Origin: Eukaryota sp. GEM-RC1
Lineage: Eukaryota
DNA length: 64,000 nt
Assembly (NCBI GenBank): GCA_040285855.1
Contig: JAUFOQ010000001.1
Location: forward strand, 1,364,001 to 1,428,000
Reading direction: 5' to 3'
Shown here: positions 52,977-62,769 of the stretch, in pieces
Layout of the letters: every line of letters starts with the position of its first letter
How positions within the stretch are numbered: position 1 is the stretch's first letter
Position numbers and translations under genes: made by a program
Notes under the pieces: generated by a model
Databases searched by the model: none
Told to the model about the DNA's origin: nothing
The model's input: the letters and a program-made list of their open reading frames with translations, nothing else

Positions 52977-53808
52977 AGATTGTAAAAGAAAAAACATCTA
53001 GGACTTTTGATCTTAGATTTTGGAAAAATAGAATCGTGTTTGCTATCTTTAAAGGTATGGTGACTTCTGTATCTAGCGCTTTATTATCTCTTGGCAGACA
53101 TTATGAGGATAAGGTAGGTGAAAATTTGCAGTTAGGCAATCTGGACTTTGAGGATATTGATTATTAGATGTATGTACGCGGTGGTCTCTCAGCTGTGTTG
53201 TCAATAAAATGCAAATTTATTTTACAAATTTAAATATAAGTTTTTTTATTGGACCCTAATTCAAACAGTGCTGTTTTCTTGACACACGTATTTTACACAA
53301 ATACATGATCAGAATAACCAGCCGATGAACTCGAGGTCGGTAAAAACAGCTTCTATAGTAGACCCATATGTTATTGCTCGGCTCATTTTGGTTTATGTTG
53401 CTGCAGATGAAAACGATTGAGATTGTGTGCGTGGTTCTCAAAAATATTTATAATAATGAATATAATACATGTCTAAAATTCACACTACAAGACCAATTAT
53501 ATCAATGACTCAGTTTTCTAGATTGCTCTACAGCTTTAGCAACATTCCTAGCCCACGTACTAGCTTCCCTCACGTCATTATCTAATGACTCACGACCAAA
53601 AGAAAGAAGAATTTCAGGATGTCTTAAATACTCATGAACAGTACGCACCAACCACACTACCAGCGTCTCCAATGAGATTGAGAGCTGAATTTGATGCCGC
53701 ATCTGTCTTAAAACGATCATTACAAGTGACAATAATGTACTTAAACATTTCCTCAACGTAATTTTGGAGTACAATGGGTTTGCGTTTTTGCTTCAATCCC
53801 TGTAAAAG
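52977..53808. repeat. Diverged direct duplicate of ~50966-51801, including a degraded importin-beta 3' end
   Basis: Direct alignment by eye; ORF 53502-53774 ends ARNVAKAVEQSRKLSH like the 51490 gene. Confidence 0.88.
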
Positions 53809-54250
53809 CATAATTGTAAGCTTTACCGAACACAATGTGAGCCAGAACAACGATTTTAACGAAATACTTGCTAAATGAGAACACTAGTTGTATTATCCAG
53901 ATCCAGTGTGTCTATAACAAAACAAATATTGCACAAACATTTGTAAATTCATGTTACGACGAAATATGAATATGATTTAAAATTCTACAATGTACAGTAG
54001 TTATTTTTCTAGTAAGTCTTGCTTGGTTGGCTTGGATTCCAAACTTTGAAATCTCTCTAGATGAAAAGCGACGTGTTGAATCCCTACCAAACAATCTACT
54101 GCCATTGCTACCAGACTGAAGCGAATTCACAAACAAAATACCTAAATGTGTTCTGTTTATTTCAGAAATAACGACGAAGCACAGACTAAACTTGATTATC
54201 CGATGTCCAACTATTAAAACAAACTGGTTATGAACCCAATTATAAACATC

Positions 54251-54841
54251 TTACTTCTTTTGCATCTTCTTGGCATAGAAAGCCAATTCCTCTCCTTCAA
54301 GAATATAACCATCAGCACGTCCGGACTGTCCTGGTCTTGAGGAAAGACGGGCGAGAATACGTCCAGCAGCAACTTGATCGATAATGGCGGACTCTATCTT
54401 CTTTGACTCAGCGATCAATTCGTTGTGATGAGTTTCAAACCATTGTCTGAAAGGAGTGGCATCAATAGAAACAATGGCACCCTTGACAAGAGTCTTGGTA
54501 CGAGTAAGTTCGTTGTTAGTACTGTTATAGACGACATCGAGGATACGGGTCTTTCTGGTTGAGGCTTCAGATCCCCAGCAGAAGTTACCAGAGTTTAATC
54601 TGAGTGCTCGGAGTTTTGTGTTTCCACCACGGACACGGACAGCGCGGACACGCTTATCGGCATCTTTACCAACAGTGAGCTTTGTCATAGCAGGTTGACG
54701 AGCGAGTTGATATTGACGCTTCTTACGCCATTGTTTACGTAAACCACCGGTAGCCTTTCTTTTGTGATCGGTATCTCGGGAAACACCTTAGGTTAACGTA
54801 CAAAAAGAGAGAAAAGAATGATGGAAACAGAACATACTCAT
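54251..54841 (-). CDS. RPS8: 40S ribosomal protein S8 (eS8), 179 aa, one intron
   Basis: [16 protein letters not shown]...[14 protein letters not shown]...[19 protein letters not shown]; 4-nt exon 1 plus exon 54251-54786. Confidence 0.97.
54787..54837 (-). other. 51-nt spliceosomal intron
   Basis: GTATGT...pyrimidine tract...GTTAACCTAAG; removal gives the RPS8 N-terminus in frame. Confidence 0.9.
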
Positions 54842-54951
54842 GTATAACTAGAAGAGTGGAAAAGAGGGAACGCAAAAATTTGACCTCAACATCTATACCC
54901 AACCAACAGTAGAAGTTGTATCACTTTATATTGCTTTTAAATAAAACATCA

Positions 54952-55374
54952 CTAGTCAGAGTCACTAAACATATCGGTTCTGTTTGGATTCGGAGATGTC
55001 CAGTCATCATCTTCATCTGAGGTGCAACTCTCAACATCTCCACTGAACCATGTACTAGATAGTAAACCTTCCCTTATCATGATATTTATCTGTTGGTCTA
55101 CCAGTACATGTTCTATTATACCATGAACTGTGGCATTGCAGCTCTCTTCTGCAGGAAGCTGTCGAACAACACAGAAAGTTCCACGCCGGAGCCAAAATAC
55201 TTTTGAAAACTTACTTGGTAGAAGAACGGTTATTGTGTTCGTTGAATTGGGCTCTAGTTCGGCTTTGAACAAATTGCCACCAGAACCGCTGACTATTCGG
55301 GCTAATTGTTGTTCAGAGTTGATATCAGGAATGTCAGTTGCTTGTAAATGCAAATGTTTTCGTTGTTTACTCAT
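54952..55374 (-). CDS. EIF1AD: eIF1A domain-containing RNA-binding protein
   Basis: ARIVSGSGGNLF...LLPSKFSKVFWLRRGTF and acidic tail with PNPNR. Confidence 0.85.
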   Translation of the reverse strand: MSKQRKHLHLQATDIPDINSEQQLARIVSGSGGNLFKAELEPNSTNTITVLLPSKFSKVFWLRRGTFCVVRQLPAEESCNATVHGIIEHVLVDQQINIMIREGLLSSTWFSGDVESCTSDEDDDWTSPNPNRTDMFSDSD

Positions 55375-55669
55375 TTGTTGTGGAAGAGAAGACTATAATA
55401 TGAAGTAAAACAAAAGTGATATAATTTGATACCATTGAAGCAAATTGTTAGGACAACTGTTGAAACTCGTACAGAACTATAAGGCTGTGTATTATATCAG
55501 AAGAAACGTTGACTGAGATATTAATAATGATCAAATATGTAACCACATAGCTGCAGGAAAGATTATGTACAGATTCTCAAACGAAATCTACAGGAAATAT
55601 AGACAATGTCCTAAACACTCCTAGAAGAAGCAGAAGCCTTTGTGGAAATCGGAGATAAGAAGACAACTT

Positions 55670-55882
55670 TCAACATACTTGAGAGAGTGATTCTAATGTG
55701 TTAATTAAGCTATCTAAAGAGGTATTATCAAGTTCCAAGAGGAATTGGCGATTGTGGTCTTCTTCAGATTCAAGGTTTAGAACAAGTTGACAAAGCGGTT
55801 GTCTGAGATTTGCAGCATGTGACGAAGCCAAGCTTATAAGAATTCGCCAATCAAAAGACTTCAGTTCAGGGAGAATGGTCAT
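55670..55882 (-). CDS. COMM-domain-only protein (COMMD6-like)
   Basis: LKSFDWRILISLASS..LRQPLCQLVLNL...FLLELD fits the COMM domain; 70 aa. Confidence 0.8.
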   Translation of the reverse strand: MTILPELKSFDWRILISLASSHAANLRQPLCQLVLNLESEEDHNRQFLLELDNTSLDSLINTLESLSQVC

Positions 55883-55943
55883 TGAGGGAAATCCAAACTT
55901 CTGAACCTCTTTGCTTGCAAATGGTCACGGTCCCATTTGTCTA

Positions 55944-56717
55944 ATGCCAAACACAATTGAACTATCTGTACCATCTGTTGTCTCATTCACTGAATATTCC
56001 ACATTTTTTAAGAACTCTTACTTTGTCATTTCTTCTGGATGGCAACCAGCTGATAACCTTCTGAATGGCGGGGTACACGCTGGAGAAGTAACTGAACTAT
56101 TTGGTTCTTCATCTTCTGGCAAAACTCAATTTGCAATGACATTGGCTCTTAATGCGGTTTATTCCGGTTATAGTGTCATTGTCATTGATAGTCTCTGCTC
56201 GTGGAACGCCATGTCACTTTCACGTTGTTTCTGCAATCTCTTTCCCCAATTTGATATAGATTCGACCCAATTCCGACGTTGTATGGCAGGTCTTCGACTC
56301 TTGCGTCCTTCAATCAATGACGTCAACATTAATATGGGTCTTGCTGGATGGTTGTACAAAATTCTCGCTGCTTATTCAGCTGAGGATGTAGCTGCTGTTC
56401 CACACCTTTTCATTATTGATTCTATATCATCTATACTTCTCCCTCTTGTCACTGCTAAGTCTCCATTGGCCATGTTCCAGTTTTCCAAGATAATCTCAAT
56501 GATGGATAACATTTTAGCCATGAATAAAGCTGTTGTTGCCATCAATTCAAAGGTCTCATCACGTGATTCGAGTGAATCTCCTTCTCTCGGATCCTTTTGG
56601 CAACCCAAAATGAGAGTTTTGTTCAAACGCTTAAGTGATGGCAGTTTAAGTCTGTCAATGTATAGTTGTCCTCCTTTTAGATGTATTTCATTGGATCCAG
56701 TTATAGGTGTGCTCTAA
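55944..56717 (+). CDS. RAD51 paralogue (RAD51D-like)
   Basis: DNLLNGGVHAGEVTELFGSSSSGKTQ Walker A, LFIIDSI Walker B, PSLGSFW; first ATG at 55944. Confidence 0.82.
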   Translation: MPNTIELSVPSVVSFTEYSTFFKNSYFVISSGWQPADNLLNGGVHAGEVTELFGSSSSGKTQFAMTLALNAVYSGYSVIVIDSLCSWNAMSLSRCFCNLFPQFDIDSTQFRRCMAGLRLLRPSINDVNINMGLAGWLYKILAAYSAEDVAAVPHLFIIDSISSILLPLVTAKSPLAMFQFSKIISMMDNILAMNKAVVAINSKVSSRDSSESPSLGSFWQPKMRVLFKRLSDGSLSLSMYSCPPFRCISLDPVIGVL

Positions 56718-56779
56718 TTGATCCAGTTCTAATGTTGATATTTAATAAATCCTTTATACATTTGTGTCTTTTAGATTTA

Positions 56780-57166
56780 TCATTTCAGAAGTACATTGTC
56801 CCAATGACTACGTAGAACACGTTCAGCAGCTCCCTTAAGTGTTGATTTGAAAGGAGGTTCAGGAACTTCAATACGGTTTAATACAATAAGAAGTTGGTGT
56901 TTGTGTGATGTTGATGGAAGAGCAGAAGGAGCGTCCTGACGACGATACTGAACTTGAACAGTACTTGTTGTAACAGGACCTAGTTCAACGAAACCATCCT
57001 GACGCAGTATTTCTGCTACAGAGACAGCTTTTGAGATACTAGAACCAATGCCAGAAATGGCGATCTTAGAATGATTTCGAAGAGCATTTTGACAAGCTCT
57101 TATTGTGAAACTGATGGGTTTGGTACTTGAGATACCGATTTGAGGACAAGACTCTGTGTCTGACAT
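56780..57166 (-). CDS. Alba-domain nucleic-acid-binding protein
   Basis: IAISGIGSSISKAVSVAEILRQDG is an Alba signature. Confidence 0.82.
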   Translation of the reverse strand: MSDTESCPQIGISSTKPISFTIRACQNALRNHSKIAISGIGSSISKAVSVAEILRQDGFVELGPVTTSTVQVQYRRQDAPSALPSTSHKHQLLIVLNRIEVPEPPFKSTLKGAAERVLRSHWDNVLLK

Positions 57167-57232
57167 TCTTCAAAGAGTTAAGGTAGGGATTCTAAAAGTT
57201 GGTTTTTTGAAGTGAGACTTTTTGATCAAAAG

Positions 57233-58243
57233 ATGAACACCAAACCTGTAAACCTCATAATCGACACAGATGCTGGTGTTGATGACTCTCAAGCTCTTAT
57301 ATGTGCACTTAGACTAACTCATAACTACAATTTGCTTGCGATTACCACTTGTGATGGCAACTGTGGCCTTGAAAATGTCAATAGAAATGTTGCTCGTGTC
57401 AGTTTGGCTTGTAACACCACACATATTCCTATAGTCTCTGGTTGTCATGAACCTCTTGTCAAAGTCATTCCAAAGCACAACGCTTTATATGTCCATGGCA
57501 AAGATGGTCTTGGTGACGTCAATTGGGATACAGAACTCAACGGCTCTTTCTCCAACTCAAAACTTCCCCATCCTATCTCTACTCCAGCAGCAATCTATCT
57601 CATTGAACAAGCACGAGAACACGCCGGCAACCTAGACATCATAGCCATTGGTCCCGTAACTAACCTAGCTCTAGCTCTCAAACTAGATCCCACCTTTTCC
57701 TCTAATGTTCGCAGAGTTTTTCTAATGTCAGGATCCCTAACTGACACTGGTAACGTGACCAAGTTAGCTGAGTTCAATGCATTTAGTGATCCTGAAGCTC
57801 TCTTTGAAGTTTGTGAAGGGTTTAGTGATATTCAGTTGGTGACGTGGGAGACAACGCTGAGTCACACTGTTTCTTGGGAGTTTTATGATAAGTTATGCAA
57901 TCTTGGAACTCCAATGTCAGAGTTTTTTAAATTAATTTCTAAAAAGACTGCTGAGTTTGTCTCAAAAGAGCTCAAAGTTGGCTGGACTTTACCTGACCCT
58001 CTAACAATGATTGTTGCCCTCTTTCCTCATGTGATTGAGGAAAGTGAACAGGTCTCGGTCACAGTCTGTTTGAGTGGAACTGAAAGAGGAAGGACGATCA
58101 AAGGAAAGGTTGGTAAAGCAGTGGAGTTGTTGTGGAATGAAGAGGGAGAAGAGAGTGACAAGGGTGGTAAGATGAATGTTTGTTATGTGAAGAAAATGAA
58201 TCTTGGACTGATTGAGTCTGTTTTGGAGGAATCCTTGAGATGA
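57233..58243 (+). CDS. Inosine-uridine preferring nucleoside hydrolase
   Basis: DTDAGVDD motif, HGKDGLGD, IGPVTNLALA, GNVTKLAEFNAFSDPEA. Confidence 0.93.
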   Translation: MNTKPVNLIIDTDAGVDDSQALICALRLTHNYNLLAITTCDGNCGLENVNRNVARVSLACNTTHIPIVSGCHEPLVKVIPKHNALYVHGKDGLGDVNWDTELNGSFSNSKLPHPISTPAAIYLIEQAREHAGNLDIIAIGPVTNLALALKLDPTFSSNVRRVFLMSGSLTDTGNVTKLAEFNAFSDPEALFEVCEGFSDIQLVTWETTLSHTVSWEFYDKLCNLGTPMSEFFKLISKKTAEFVSKELKVGWTLPDPLTMIVALFPHVIEESEQVSVTVCLSGTERGRTIKGKVGKAVELLWNEEGEESDKGGKMNVCYVKKMNLGLIESVLEESLR

Positions 58244-59499
58244 GAGGTTTTAAGGGAAGTCGTTGATTATTGGATTTATCAACGGTGATTGATTGTTATT
58301 GATTGTTGTCAGTGTAAGTCAACGTTTTAAAGAATACACGTGGCAGCATTGAGCATCTATTTTTAAAGAACTTTAGATATTAGCAACTCTATTGTTGTTA
58401 ACAGCAATAGTTTACGTTAATTTAGTTGAATTATTGTTGATACTGTGACCGTATAGCTACATGTTATTCTTTTAATTAATAATAGTTTATATTAATACAA
58501 GTTTTGGAGATGTACAGTCCAGTCATTCTAATACTCACACTAATTCACATGACTCATTGAGTAAGATTCTGCTTTTATAGTGTCAATGGTATACCAATTA
58601 TTAAGTCCAGATCTGAATTCATTGTTTTACATGTACATGTAGTTTCAGATTTGGTGCGCAGATTGATATTAAGTTTAATTTTATACAGGCTTCATTGAAG
58701 TTTTTACACGTTACATAACATCGTTTTCTCTTGAGATGATAGGAGTTTAACAGGTTCTCATTTGAACGATACTGGAAAATTAATTAGCCAAAGATAAGAA
58801 GATAAAAATGATCTTCTGATTCAATGGTGTAACTAGAACATAATTCCGTCTTGCATTCGTCGTCTATGATTTGAATTACTTTTGCATTTTTGGCCCCATT
58901 ATATTTCACAGGGTGGAAGACTTTGTTTAAATTTTATGTGAGATCATCATTTTGGAATAAAACCTGAATCACTAGAGAGATTATTTGAAAGTAATACAAC
59001 ACACACTCGCATGAATCACTCACAGTTTTTCTTACATTAATTGAACTAATGGAAACTGCATTGGGAGAACAGGTCCATTGTTATGGTATCAACCCAGCCA
59101 CTGGCGAATTTTTGCTTGGATTGGTTTCGTTTATGAACCAAGAATATTCTATCAACTGTGATTGCCCAACAAATCATGATGGGGTATATTCAGATTCTTG
59201 TTGTTTACGTCTCAGTGTCGTAATTAGCTTCATTGTAGGTGTCGTACGGAATACTATTCGTCAGTATTTATTTCCCGATACAATGTTGGGTATTTATCAT
59301 GATAAGAAACTAATTACTCAAAAGATACACTTGAAGGACTCCAATACAAGCAACGTGAAGTGTTTGTATGTGCTCTACTTATTGTAGTTTGTATCGTAGT
59401 ACACCACTAAGTCACTAATGAACAATCAAATTTTTTAGATTCTTGTTGAGTCTGTTTGCAACAATTAATAATACATACTACTTTTATTTAGAAAATGAA

Positions 59500-60060
59500 A
59501 GCAGTTTAATTCTCCATATCCACACGGAAATTATATTTATACAGCTTCGAATAAATGGAACTTAAAGACTTGGGAATGCTTCTATAAAGAGCAAACATTA
59601 TTCGATTAATCCATATAGACCAATTAAAAACCTTGTTGTTGAAACGGCATAAAAGACTGAAATCACTGCAAAAGTCAAATTCAAACCTGCTCGACCACAA
59701 TAACCAAAAATTGAAATCGCAAAATGAACAAATGAAACTTAGATCATTAAATTTTCATTATTCCTCTTCAAAAACTCCGCATAAGTAGAACAAGTTGGCC
59801 GTTCAACCTTCTTCAAGATGACCAATTGAATCATTCAAAATGGAGTCTTGGTAGACTTTTGCAAACGGGTCAACTGTAATGAAATCAACCACAGCTTGAG
59901 ATGAATCCAGGAAAGAAGCAATTAGGTCACCACGCCGAGCACCAAACACGTTATCACTATATAGTTTTCAGAACCGACTCAATTTTATAACTATAATTAT
60001 TGGATTTGAACAGTTCATAAGAACATCACCCATGGCATTATGTAGAACAGATCGAAACTG
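59500..60060 (-). mobile_element. Second RLE-type non-LTR retrotransposon 3' remnant
   Basis: FRSVLHNAMGD...FGARRGDLIASF..VVDFITVDP and IWINRIMFALYR parallel the 50330-51230 remnant. Confidence 0.6.
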
Positions 60061-60453
60061 TAAAAAATTAATAATTGCAATTAATAATTGCAATATATTG
60101 CAATATTTTGGGTAAAATTTGGTTCGTTAAAATGTAAGAAATTGAGACGTCGTGCTGAAATTTGCTGACTGAAAATCAACCACTACATGTAGTAGACCGT
60201 CAGAGCTTTTAGTCGGTTACCCTTTCAGATACATGCATAAGAACATTAATTATACTTCTTAACGTACTGTAAATCTTGACACCGCTTCTGATCATAATGT
60301 ACGCTCAGTCTTCACAACCCATCTTTCTACTTTGCTCTTCTGTTGGTAACAATACTTATTTACTTCAATGGTTCCTATGCTGTGATGTATATGCATGTTT
60401 CAACTTTTCAGCGATTCGTCACGTACGTATGCCAGGGTCATTACAGTCCCACC

Positions 60454-61141
60454 TAGGCTTCACTAAAGTAGTCCGAAACTCAAAATTAAAGTAAAGTAAA
60501 GTAGTTTACTTTACTTTAAACGCTACTTTACTTTCACTTTAAAGTTACTTTAAGGCCATTAAAGTACGCCCTGATCTCAATCGCCTTTCAATAGTTTTTG
60601 TAATAAATATTCGTGTTCAGTTTCCTCTTCCCATATATCCATGACGTCACTTCGTTCCGAAGAATGAAGGTCAGTCTGTCAAATTGTTGAAGTACTGTCA
60701 AGAACTTGTGTTCAGTTTTACTGCAAGCTCTGTGGAACAACTCACTCGGTCAACAAAAGGGCTATGGAAGGGGTCTATGTTCCAAATCTTGTACCCAAAA
60801 GATCCGTTCAGCTTTGCTCTGCCATCAACAACCCGAAAATTTTGGCCAATATATCTGCCTTAACTTCCTACTTAATAATAAGCTATGCCAAATCCAGAAA
60901 GAGTCATTCCATGTTAATATTAAAAGACAAGCACTCACTTGCTTGGTCTTTAATTTTTGTAGTTTTTGGGGAGTTTCTACAATAAAGATGGGGTAATGAT
61001 CGCCTTTTTGGACATCTGTGATCACCGAACTAACATTGAAGTATTGTTACTTTACCCATTTTGGACGTTTCAAGTAAAGTAAAGTAAAGTGAGAAAGTAA
61101 AGTACAGTGACTAAAGTACTTTCTCACTTTAGTGAAGCCTG
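60454..61141. mobile_element. Non-autonomous hAT element (688 bp)
   Basis: TIRs TAGGCTTCACTAAAGT / ACTTTAGTGAAGCCTG; perfect 8-bp TSD GTCCCACC; AAAGT subterminal repeats. Confidence 0.92.
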
Positions 61142-61329
61142 GTCCCACCTACCATATGATGAGACTTTCCGCTTCCTGGTACAGACTCTGGGCAGGGATC
61201 GAAAAAATTAAATTGTATTGCTGGGTGCCACTATGATTGGAACGTGTCCTTATTGATACGTAAATAAACACATGTACCAGTTTCCACAAATCTCATTGCT
61301 TGAAGTATGTGTTGACAATAGAGATGTAG

Positions 61330-62418
61330 TGTTGCCGTAAGGTCAACGTTGATACAAATGGAAAGAAGAAGTGTTTATTGTTGCTAGAGATCCTTAAGAA
61401 TAGATGCCACGTCATCAGAGGTGAAGATATCTACTAGGTATCGTTATCTTCACTAACACTACATTTTCCCATTTCTTTTGAAGCTGTGCAGAGAACTTAT
61501 TTGAACTCATAAAGGGGGTTCAACAAACGCTTGGGACCTGGATACGAGTCATTTGCATGAGACAGGAAGTGAATTTCGTGTTTTACCTTAGAAGGACAAT
61601 CGCGAGCTAAATGGCCATTCTGATGACACTTAAAACAGGTACCATTAGCCAGATTGCGAGATCTATCCGAGGAACGAGACTTTGTGCCAACTTGACGGGA
61701 GGGATCGCAGTTTTCGGCAGGAATCCTTGTAGACTTATTCCATGAGGCTACTCTGGAACAATCAAGCAACTCATCCGTTGCAGTATCTACTAAGGTAGAG
61801 AAGTCAGGGAAGACCTCATCGCGGATCCGAGCTATCAACGATTTTTGCAAGCCCATGGGAAGGATCCCCTTGGCAAATCGTGTCATAAAAGCTGAGTCAG
61901 GCAACTTCAGTCCGGAAGCCCGGCTTTTCGCCTGAAGGAAACGCCTCAGGTAGCCTGACATTCGTTCACGGACATCGCCTTCTCGGACATCAACTCTAAT
62001 CTCAGATATCGCAGAGTGGAATTCCTCGTACGTCGAGAACGAGGTGGTGGATCTCAGGTGATCCAAGAAAACCTCTTCAGAGGCATCAACCCCAGGCTTA
62101 GTAAGAATCAAAGACTCTAGTAAAAGGGGTCGACGAGGAGCCTTGGCGGAACAAGGTCCTTTTTCGGGGTGACGGAAGAGTACACTTTCCACTGTTGTAG
62201 GAACAGGAGTACGTCTTCTACATTCATGGAAGAAAGTGAGGGGAGAACTACACGGGTAGAAAACATCTGCAGTGAGGGTCAATAATTATTGTTGCCGTAA
62301 GGTCAACGTTGATACAAATGGAAAGAAGAAGTGTTTATTGTTGCTAGAGATCCTTAAGAATAGATGCCACGTCATCAGAGGTGAAGATATCTACTAGGTA
62401 TCGTTATCTTCACTAACA
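61330..62418 (-). mobile_element. Gag-only LTR retroelement (1089 bp), recently inserted
   Basis: Identical 129-bp TG...CA LTRs at 61330-61458 and 62290-62418; 4-bp TSD GTAG; purine-rich tract before the 3' LTR; no pol. Confidence 0.95.
61497..62266 (-). CDS. gag: Gag protein with CCHC zinc knuckle (frameshift near 62125)
   Basis: CFKCHQNGHLARDC knuckle. Likely start ATG 62266 (MFSTRVVLPSLSSMNVEDVLLFLQQW) joins the main frame by a -1 shift at CCCCTTTT. Confidence 0.8.
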
Positions 62419-62769
62419 GTAGAAACCAACTGTATGCCCCCTTTTAACTTTTTTTGGACTTGGAGTGGATATACAGTAAAAGAAAGTGTTCTTATGAACA
62501 AGACTTGTTAGAGTTACTCTGCATAAATCTCGGTGTGACATATTGCAATATATTGGAAATATTTTGCAATGAATTGCAATTAACCCTTTGTTACAATAAA
62601 TATATTGCCCATCAAAAGACGTGCATATTTATTGCAATATACTAGTAATTTATTTCAATATATTGCAATACAATTTATTTTTTCGATCCCTGCTGTAACA
62701 CCAATGTTTAATTGACTCATATTCTGGTAATCATTCTCCTTGCTTCTCTTTCTACTCATACCTTTGATC

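Larger units (their letters stand above)
61193..62692. repeat. hAT-like inverted termini (61193-61221 and 62665-62692) bracketing the gag-only LTR element
   Basis: CAGGGATCGAAAAAAT(T)AAATTGTATTGC in inverted orientation; ATTGCAAT repeats near the right end; no matching TSD. Confidence 0.55.

Noticed and set aside
60490..61130. CRISPR-like or telomeric AAAGT repeats
   Set aside because: They are irregular subterminal repeats inside a TIR/TSD-defined hAT element, with no repeat-spacer periodicity.
62115..62135. Programmed -1 ribosomal frameshift in gag
   Set aside because: CCCCTTTT is not phased as a canonical X XXY YYZ site, and similar 1-bp shifts are common in the window; mutation or sequencing error is simpler.
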